Of a DNA stretch of 64,000 nucleotides, positions 57,418-64,000 are shown one piece after another. Position 1 is the stretch's first letter. Each line of letters begins with the position of its first letter. Under the pieces are notes generated by a model. It did not search any database. It saw only the letters and a list, made by a program, of their open reading frames with translations, and had not been told where the DNA came from. The DNA is taken from positions 55,102 through 119,101 of the forward strand of contig JAWLAT010000008.1 in assembly GCA_041395325.1 (NCBI GenBank), written 5' to 3'. A program made the position numbers and the translations under genes. This stretch comes from Lysobacterales bacterium (GTDB taxonomy: Bacteria; Pseudomonadota; Gammaproteobacteria; Xanthomonadales; SZUA-5).

Positions 57418-60246
57418 ATGAAGCGACGAGGGGGTTCCGAGTCGGCCTGGCCTGATCGGTTGCGCCAGTATTGGCTGGCGCTCGGCTTGTGCGCCTCCGC
57501 AGTGGTGTCCTGGCCGTTGACGGCCGCAGAGGATTCGCGCGACGAGTTCGATTCGCTGCTGGCACCGTTGCTGGCGCTGGCAGGAACGGACAGTGATGGC
57601 AGCGTGCCGAACGCGCTGCAGGCGGTGAGCGCAGCGCTTCGCACTCGGCTTGAAGCCGACCTGGGTACGGCCTTGCCGGCCTGCCCTGAATACGACCCGC
57701 TGCAGGGCGTCGTGATCTCGCGCGAAGCGACCACTGAGGATCTGTCGACGGAGGTGCATCCACTGATCGAGCGATTGGGCGCGCTGCTCGACCAGAAGGA
57801 CGCAGCGCTGCGCGATGGGGCGGCCTACGTACTGGGCGAGATCGGGCCACTGGGGGCACCAGTTGTCAGCCCTCGGGCGACAGGCCTCGGTGACCGTCCG
57901 ATGTGGCTCACTCATGCGGCCGGGCGAACCCGCTGTGAACAGTGGTCGATGAGTGGCTCGCTGGCACAGCTCCCGAAGCCGCTGCGCCAGCGCGCCGAGA
58001 CCCATACGCAGCATCGACAATGGCCGCTGCTGCTGGCGGCCGACTTGCTTGGCGATGTCGGTCGGATCTGGCCGGATGGGTTGATCTCGTCCTTGCTGGA
58101 CAACGACGACAATGTGGTTCCATTGGGCACCAAGCCCAAGCTGGAGCCACCACCAGCGCTGAATCCGGAGATGGCGGCGGCCCTGCTCGACCTGGCAGCA
58201 GTTGCCTCGGATTCGGCACGTGGCATCGCTCTGCGCCTGGAAGTGCTGGTGCTCTTGTCCCAAGCCAAAGCGCTGGGGCCGGCTGCCGCACCATTGCGCA
58301 CTCTGATGGCGCATGCCAACGACCCGATTTCCTTTGCCGCTGCCAGGACTCTAATCAGCAGCCAGAACCCCCACATGGTCGAAGCCATCGTGCTGTTGCT
58401 GAAGCGCCATCAGCTCGGTCTTTGGGAGACGCAGCCTGACCTGTTCTGTGCGCAGATCATTGCCGATCCCGAGTTGCTGCGCATCCTCACCGACCGGCTG
58501 CAGGGTGAAGACTGGGGGGAAGCCAAGCAAGCGGCGATCTGGCTAGCTTGCACGCGGTCGCAGCAAGCCCCGCCGGCCCTGCTGGCGGCGCTGACCCATC
58601 CCTCCTGGGAGGTCGTGCAGGCGGCCATTGAGGCTTTGGCCGCGTGGCTGGACAAGGATGCCGCGGTTCGAGCTGCGCTGGCGGAGGTCGCCAAGGCGCA
58701 CTGGTCTGGACTGGTTCGGGCCCAGGCCCGCCAGGCGCTGGATGGGCCAGAAGGTCCTCCGGAACCAGACAGGCCGGAGTCAGACGATCAGGTCATGGTC
58801 GTGTTGGGCGGCTGCTTCCATCGCTGCCTGACTGACCATCTGAACGCCGTCTGCGGCGTCGACGGGGAAGTCGTCGACGGGATCTACCAAAGCCCGCGCC
58901 TGGGTCAGTTCCAGGTGGTCTGGCAGCGCGCTCGGCGTAACCCTGCACCCATGGGTTTCCCGATCGTTCTGAGCGAGGATCTCGACAGGACCGCATATGG
59001 CACCAGTAGCTACCTCACGGTGGATGACGGGTGGTTGGTGGGCACGGATCGATGGCACTACGACGGTGTGATCGGCCACGTCAGCCATGCCGGCGAGGTC
59101 CAGCCAATTGGCGAGCTAGGCGAGGATGCCGCAGCCATTCTGGATACTCCGCAGCTAGGCCGCATCGTGCTGGGCGGATCCGTCTTCGGACTCGGCAAGG
59201 GCGGTCTGCTGGCCAGCATCCATGCTGGTGAAGAGGGCTGGTCAATGCGCTATCGCGCCAGCCTGCCCAGCCCGCCCTGGGCGTGGGCCTTCGCGCCCGA
59301 CGGCACCTTGCTGGTGGCCGACCCTCACAATGCGGTGGCCGTACACGCCGACTGGAGCCTGGAAGCTCTGTCCTGTCCGACCATCGTGCCGGCGTCGATG
59401 CCGAAGCGGGTGCTGTCGGTGGCGCGACGGGCTGCCGATTCCCCCCTCCCAGTCCGCCACCGTGAAGCGGTAGTGCGAGTCGCCGTCCTGGAACCGATCG
59501 TCGAGCGACGGCGCTTGGCACTGCTTCAGTCGCACAACGGTCCGCAGCAGGGCGAGTCAGGACAGCCTCTGGAGTGTATTCAAGAGGACTATCAGGATGT
59601 CGTTCAGGAACTCGTGGATGCCAAACAGCATCAGGGTGACTCCGCTGGCGCGCTCGCGCTGCTGGACGAGTCGCTGTGCGATGCAGATGCCATCAACGTG
59701 GGACAACGAGCCAATTTGCTGGCCGACCTGGGGCGCCCTCAGGAGGCGCTGGCGTACCTGCAGGCTCACCCCTACGTTGAGCAGTACGTGGCTCAGTTCC
59801 TGCTCACGGCACTGGCGCTGATCGAGGGCGACTCCAATGCCGCCCGCAAGCATCTGGATCGTGCCCAGAACGCCTTGGATGGCGAATCAATACCAGGCTT
59901 GTTCGAGCCGGACCGGCGCTATGCGGACATGCTGAGCCTGATCGTCAATCCCTCAAATACAGTGTTCGCTTCCACCCCGGAGCTCGATCAAGGCGGCTGG
60001 CCGGAACCGCTGATGCGATATCTGCAAGGCGAGATCAGCGAAGCCCAACTGGTGCCGGAATTGTACCGTCGCGACGGACAGGTGGATCGCGAACGCCTCT
60101 GTGAGGCGCTGGTCTACCTCGGTATGCGCGAGGCAGCGACCGGCCGGCACGTACACTCCCGACGCTACTTCAGGGCCGCGGTCAGGCTCTCGGTCTACGA
60201 CTTCATGGAGCACACCGTGGCGCTGTTGGCGCTCTCTCGGGAATAG
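57418..60246 (+). CDS. Large exported protein with HEAT (PBS-lyase-type) repeats, a central beta-rich region and a C-terminal TPR-like region
   Basis: Signal peptide ...YWLALGLCASAVVSWPLTAAE. HEAT-like DAALRDGAAYVLGEIGP and HPSWEVVQAAIEALAAW. C-terminal helical repeats (GRPQEALAYLQAHP...). Start set to MKRRGG (ATG 57418). Confidence 0.65.
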   Translation: MKRRGGSESAWPDRLRQYWLALGLCASAVVSWPLTAAEDSRDEFDSLLAPLLALAGTDSDGSVPNALQAVSAALRTRLEADLGTALPACPEYDPLQGVVISREATTEDLSTEVHPLIERLGALLDQKDAALRDGAAYVLGEIGPLGAPVVSPRATGLGDRPMWLTHAAGRTRCEQWSMSGSLAQLPKPLRQRAETHTQHRQWPLLLAADLLGDVGRIWPDGLISSLLDNDDNVVPLGTKPKLEPPPALNPEMAAALLDLAAVASDSARGIALRLEVLVLLSQAKALGPAAAPLRTLMAHANDPISFAAARTLISSQNPHMVEAIVLLLKRHQLGLWETQPDLFCAQIIADPELLRILTDRLQGEDWGEAKQAAIWLACTRSQQAPPALLAALTHPSWEVVQAAIEALAAWLDKDAAVRAALAEVAKAHWSGLVRAQARQALDGPEGPPEPDRPESDDQVMVVLGGCFHRCLTDHLNAVCGVDGEVVDGIYQSPRLGQFQVVWQRARRNPAPMGFPIVLSEDLDRTAYGTSSYLTVDDGWLVGTDRWHYDGVIGHVSHAGEVQPIGELGEDAAAILDTPQLGRIVLGGSVFGLGKGGLLASIHAGEEGWSMRYRASLPSPPWAWAFAPDGTLLVADPHNAVAVHADWSLEALSCPTIVPASMPKRVLSVARRAADSPLPVRHREAVVRVAVLEPIVERRRLALLQSHNGPQQGESGQPLECIQEDYQDVVQELVDAKQHQGDSAGALALLDESLCDADAINVGQRANLLADLGRPQEALAYLQAHPYVEQYVAQFLLTALALIEGDSNAARKHLDRAQNALDGESIPGLFEPDRRYADMLSLIVNPSNTVFASTPELDQGGWPEPLMRYLQGEISEAQLVPELYRRDGQVDRERLCEALVYLGMREAATGRHVHSRRYFRAAVRLSVYDFMEHTVALLALSRE

Positions 60247-60465
60247 GGGAATCCGCAGAATGGACCGCTCTACGGGGCGACGTCGATGCTGAGCTTCGAA
60301 TCAGTTCCGAGTGAATTGGACTGCTGTTCCTCAGGCCTGACGCTGCCTTTCGCTGGCGTGTGCCTTCTCCTCGCGCCTTCCTTGGAGGAAAACCCATCGG
60401 AACGTTCGCGTCGATTGCGCAAGCGGGCTCGAGTGCCGCCGTCAGTGCATGCTGGAGTCTCGATC

Positions 60466-61089
60466 TCAGCGCAGCAGCTCTTCCACCAGTTCGGAGTACT
60501 CGAACTTCTGCCGGGCCGTCCGCTGGCGCTGTGCCAGCACGATCGAACGCAGGGCCGCCAGAGCGACCTGGAAGTCGTCGTTGACGATCAGATAATCGAA
60601 TTCGCCGTGATGGGTGATCTCGGCACGGGCATTGGCCAGCCGCCGGGCGATCACCTCTTCGCTGTCCTGACCGCGGCGGGTCAGGCGTTCGCGCAGGGTG
60701 CTGGCCGAGGGCGGCAGGATGAACACACTGATGGCATCGGGCCATTGCGAGCGCACCTGTCGCGCACCCTGCCAGTCGATCTCCAGGATCACGTCCAGTC
60801 CGGCCGACACCGCATTCTGCAGATCGACCCGGCTGGTGCCATAGTGATTGCCGTGCACGCAGGCGTGTTCGACCAGCGCCTGGGCGTCAATCAAGGCCTG
60901 GAAGTGGCGCGTGTCGACGAAGCGATAGTGCTCGCCATCCACCTCGCCTGGACGCGGTTGGCGGGTGGTATAGGAGATCGACAGTCTGACCTGATGGTCT
61001 TGCTCGGCCAGGGCCCGAACCAGCGAAGTCTTGCCGGCCCCCGAGGGCGCGGCGACGACGATCAGGCAGCCGCGGGCGGATTCATTCAT
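60466..61089 (-). CDS. gmk: Guanylate kinase
   Basis: LIVVAAPSGAGKTSLVRAL P-loop, SISYTTRQPRPGEVDGEHYRFV, ILEIDWQGARQV. Start MNESARG (ATG 61089); the track extension to 61434 is antisense-style junk overlapping yicC. Confidence 0.95.
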   Translation of the reverse strand: MNESARGCLIVVAAPSGAGKTSLVRALAEQDHQVRLSISYTTRQPRPGEVDGEHYRFVDTRHFQALIDAQALVEHACVHGNHYGTSRVDLQNAVSAGLDVILEIDWQGARQVRSQWPDAISVFILPPSASTLRERLTRRGQDSEEVIARRLANARAEITHHGEFDYLIVNDDFQVALAALRSIVLAQRQRTARQKFEYSELVEELLR

Positions 61090-61949
61090 TCCAGATTCTG
61101 CACTTGTTCGCGGATCTGTTCGATCAGCACTTTCATGTCCACCGCCAAGGCCGTGGTGGCCGCGTTGATCGACTTGGAGCCGAAGGTGTTGACCTCGCGC
61201 AGCAGTTCCTGAACCAGGAAGTCCAGTCGTCGGCCGATCGGTTCCTCCAGTGCAATCACGCGGCGGGCCTCCGTCAGGTGGATGCCGAGACGGTCCAACT
61301 CCTCGTCCACATCCATGCGCGTGAGCTGCAGCACCAGTTCCTGTTCCAGCCGTCCGGGATCGACCGGGGTGGGCAAGTCGGCCAGGCGCTGGGTCAGCCG
61401 ATCTCGCAGGCCCAGGCGCAGTTCCGGCAGCCACTCGATGGCGCGCTGGCGATGGGCTTCCAGCGCGTCGACGCGTTCGCCGATCAGCTCGGCCAGCCGA
61501 GCGCCTTCGCGGGCGCGTGCCTGGGCGAAGTCCTTGCCCAGACGATCGACCAGCGCGAGGAATTGCTGGGCCAGCCGATCGCGGTCCACTTCGGGACGGA
61601 CATAGAGCTGCGGCAGGGTCAGCAGATCGGTGAGGCTGCCCGGTGCCAGCTGTGGGAAGGCGGCCGCCAGTTGCGCCACGATCGGCTGCAAACCGGCTAC
61701 TGCGGCGGCGTTGAGGGTGGGCTGGGCCTGCGCTTCGTCACTGCGCAACCGGCCACTCAGGTCGACCTTGCCGCGACTGATATGGCGACCCAGACGCTCG
61801 CGCAGCTGCGGTTCGGTCGAGCGCAGCTCTTCCGGCAGGCGACTGACGAGTTCGAAGAAACGGTGGTTGACGCTGCGCACTTCCAGGCTCAGCGTCCCCA
61901 GATCGGTGGTGCCTTCGATACTGGCGAAGGCAGTCATGCTGCGGGGCAC
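61086..61949 (-). CDS. yicC: YicC-family stress-induced protein
   Basis: (GTG)PRSMTAFAS...LEVRSVNHRFFE N-terminus parallels E. coli YicC MIRSMTAY...RSVNQRYLE. C-terminal EVNTFGSKS and QIREQVQNLE. ATGA overlap with gmk. Confidence 0.9.
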   Translation of the reverse strand: MPRSMTAFASIEGTTDLGTLSLEVRSVNHRFFELVSRLPEELRSTEPQLRERLGRHISRGKVDLSGRLRSDEAQAQPTLNAAAVAGLQPIVAQLAAAFPQLAPGSLTDLLTLPQLYVRPEVDRDRLAQQFLALVDRLGKDFAQARAREGARLAELIGERVDALEAHRQRAIEWLPELRLGLRDRLTQRLADLPTPVDPGRLEQELVLQLTRMDVDEELDRLGIHLTEARRVIALEEPIGRRLDFLVQELLREVNTFGSKSINAATTALAVDMKVLIEQIREQVQNLE

Positions 61950-62101
61950 GGCGATTCACGGGGCCATCGGGCGGCCAATGGTAAACTGCTCGTTGCCCAT
62001 TGTGGAAAGCCAATGATGATCCGATCGACCCGCCGCGCGCCGTCGCGGCTTCTTTTTTGCCCGGTTGAGTCGACTTTTGGGACGAATCTGGGAGGTGCGC
62101 G

Positions 62102-62824
62102 ATGAGCGCCCGTCCCAGTGGTCGTCGTCCCGACGAGTTGCGCCAGATCCGGATCGAGCGCGGTTTCACGCGGCACGCCGAAGGCTCCGTGCTGATCAGC
62201 TTCGGCGACACCCGCGTGCTCTGCAATGCCAGCGTGGAGGAGCGGGTGCCCGGATTCCTGCGGGGGCGTGGCGAAGGTTGGATCACGGCCGAGTACAGCA
62301 TGCTGCCGCGGGCCACGGCCACGCGCACCGGCCGCGAAGTCAATCGCGGATCACCCGGCGGGCGCACCCATGAGATCCAGCGTCTGATCGGCCGATCGCT
62401 GCGCGCCGTGGTCGATCGCAGCGCGCTGGGCGAGCGGACCATCACGCTGGACTGCGACGTCCTGCAGGCTGACGGCGGTACCCGCACGGCATCGATCACC
62501 GGAGCCTATGTGGCGCTGGTCGATGCGATCAACACGCTGCTGTCGCGCAAATTGCTCAAGGCCAGTCCCATCCACGGTCAGGTGGCCGCGGTGTCGGTGG
62601 GTATCTACGAAGGCCAGGCGGTACTCGATCTGGACTATCCGGAAGATTCGGCCTGCGAGACCGACATGAATGTGGTGATGAACGACGCGCTGGCATTCAT
62701 CGAGTTGCAGGGCACGGCCGAAGGGCATGCCTTCCGCGCCGACGAGCTGACCCAGATGCTCGATCTGGCGCGTGCCGGCATTGCCGAGCTGCACGCGCTG
62801 CAGCGCGCGGCGCTGGCGGGCTGA
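62102..62824 (+). CDS. rph: Ribonuclease PH
   Basis: [75 protein letters not shown]. Confidence 0.96.
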   Translation: MSARPSGRRPDELRQIRIERGFTRHAEGSVLISFGDTRVLCNASVEERVPGFLRGRGEGWITAEYSMLPRATATRTGREVNRGSPGGRTHEIQRLIGRSLRAVVDRSALGERTITLDCDVLQADGGTRTASITGAYVALVDAINTLLSRKLLKASPIHGQVAAVSVGIYEGQAVLDLDYPEDSACETDMNVVMNDALAFIELQGTAEGHAFRADELTQMLDLARAGIAELHALQRAALAG

Positions 62825-62827
62825 ACC

Positions 62828-63433
62828 ATGTCGGTGCGCTGGATCCTGGCCAGTCACAATCCCGGCAAGCTGGCCGAGATGCGCAGTCTGCTGGCCGACC
62901 TGCCGATGGAACTGATCGACGCCCGCAGCCAGGGCGTCACTGAACCAGCGGAGACGGCCAGCACCTTCGTCGAGAATGCCTTGTTGAAGGCGCGTCATTG
63001 CGCGCGCCTGACCGGCCTGCCTTCGCTGGCCGACGACTCCGGTTTGCTCGTCGATGCCCTGGATGATGGGCCGGGCCTGCACACGGCGCGCTACGCCGGT
63101 CCGCAGGCCACGACTTCCAGCAATATCGACAAGCTGCTGGGCGCTCTGGCCGGCGTGCCGGCCGAGCGTCGCGGGGCGCGCTTTGTCGCGGTGGTGGTGT
63201 GGCTGGCACACGCGGAGGATCCGCTGCCGGTGATTGCCCAGGGTATCTGGCACGGGCGAATCCTTGAGCAGCGCGACGGCGCAGGCGGATTCGGCTATGA
63301 CCCGGTCTTCTTCGATCCGGAGCTGGGGCAATCGGCCGCGCGGATGGATCCAGCCGTAAAGGATCGGCGCAGTCATCGCGGGCAGGCCTTGGCGCAGTTG
63401 CGATTGGCGCTGAGCCAGCGCACCGCCCCATGA
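62828..63433 (+). CDS. rdgB: Non-canonical purine NTP (dITP/XTP) pyrophosphatase RdgB
   Basis: ILASHNPGKLAEM, TFVENALLKA, ADDSGL.VDAL.G.PG..SARYAG, GFGYDPVFF, HRGQAL. Confidence 0.93.
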   Translation: MSVRWILASHNPGKLAEMRSLLADLPMELIDARSQGVTEPAETASTFVENALLKARHCARLTGLPSLADDSGLLVDALDDGPGLHTARYAGPQATTSSNIDKLLGALAGVPAERRGARFVAVVVWLAHAEDPLPVIAQGIWHGRILEQRDGAGGFGYDPVFFDPELGQSAARMDPAVKDRRSHRGQALAQLRLALSQRTAP

Positions 63434-64000
63434 AGGGGTCGCCTGCGGTGGGCTCGGCCGAGCCGCCGTTGGCGCCCCCCCTGGCGCCGCCGCTGGCGCT
63501 GTACGTGCACCTGCCCTGGTGCGTGCGCAAATGCCCCTACTGCGATTTCAACTCCTTCCAGCGCCCCGGCGCCTTGCCGGAACAGGCCTATGTGGAGGCG
63601 TTGCTGGCCGATTTGCGCCAGGATCTGCAGCTGATCCGGCCTCAACCGCTGCAGAGCATCTACTTCGGCGGCGGCACTCCGAGTCTGTTCTCGGCCGCCA
63701 GCATCGACCGGCTGCTGGCCGGCGTCCGGCAACTGTTGCCGCTGGCCGGCGACTGCGAGATCACGCTGGAAGCCAATCCCGGCGCCAGCGAATACGATCG
63801 CTTCGAAGGCTATCGCCAGGCCGGCATCAATCGTGTTTCGCTGGGCGTGCAGAGCTTTGACGATGTGCAGCTGCGCCGGCTGGGTCGGGTCCACGACGCC
63901 AGTCAGGCGGTAGAGGCCTATGCTGCCGCGCGACATGCCGGCATCGCCCGCATCAACCTGGATCTGATGTATGCGCTGCCGAGGCAGACCTTGGCCGCGG
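63430..64000 (+). CDS. hemW: Radical-SAM heme chaperone HemW (HemN-like, oxygen-independent coproporphyrinogen-III oxidase-like); 3' end outside the window
   Basis: LYVHLPWCVRKCPYCDFNS (CxxxCxxC), IYFGGGTPSL, RVSLGVQSFDD..L..LGR.H. The ATG overlaps the rdgB stop (ATGA). Not in the ORF track because it runs off the window. Confidence 0.9.
   Translation, partial: MKGSPAVGSAEPPLAPPLAPPLALYVHLPWCVRKCPYCDFNSFQRPGALPEQAYVEALLADLRQDLQLIRPQPLQSIYFGGGTPSLFSAASIDRLLAGVRQLLPLAGDCEITLEANPGASEYDRFEGYRQAGINRVSLGVQSFDDVQLRRLGRVHDASQAVEAYAAARHAGIARINLDLMYALPRQTLAA

Overview
High-G+C proteobacterial chromosome segment. A Xanthomonadales/Lysobacterales-like gammaproteobacterium is my inference from composition, the gmk-yicC / rph-rdgB-hemW core synteny and the type of secreted repeat proteins; it is not a database result. 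I call about 55 protein-coding genes and no rRNA, tRNA, CRISPR array or recognisable IS/transposase. All calls rest on reading the ORF translations for motifs; no BLAST or HMM search was possible. Many long ORFs in the track are Arg/Ala/Gly/Pro-rich antisense artefacts typical of high-GC DNA, and I rejected them. One real gene (1..1553, minus) is missing from the track because it runs off the window.

Recognisable content:
- A sigma-54/AcoR-type aldehyde dehydrogenase module (2.0-6.2 kb).
- An RND efflux operon with a terminal TetR (30.2-36.7 kb).
- GH51 arabinofuranosidase, and S9, S41 and M14 peptidases.
- A VapBC toxin-antitoxin pair.
- A dense set of signal-peptide repeat proteins: FG-GAP, delta-60, CarboxypepD_reg-like, beta-helix/Calx-beta and tail-fibre-like.

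Observations most worth follow-up:
1. A tightly coupled three-gene operon (18069-19798, minus) that looks like a bacterial split-borosin RiPP cluster: a peptide backbone alpha-N-methyltransferase, a GNAT, and a 95-aa precursor.
2. A near-consensus sigma-54 promoter (45456-45471) in front of a small secreted protein operon. It lies 4 kb from a translationally coupled Hanks kinase / FHA-domain sigma-54 activator pair whose GAFTGA loop is degenerate (GVATGV).
3. A recurrent C-terminal F-x-[DN]-G-[FM]-E tail on five unrelated secreted proteins, plus one orphan relic.
4. A low-GC islet (about 24.0-26.2 kb) carrying a disrupted nitrilase-superfamily-like gene.
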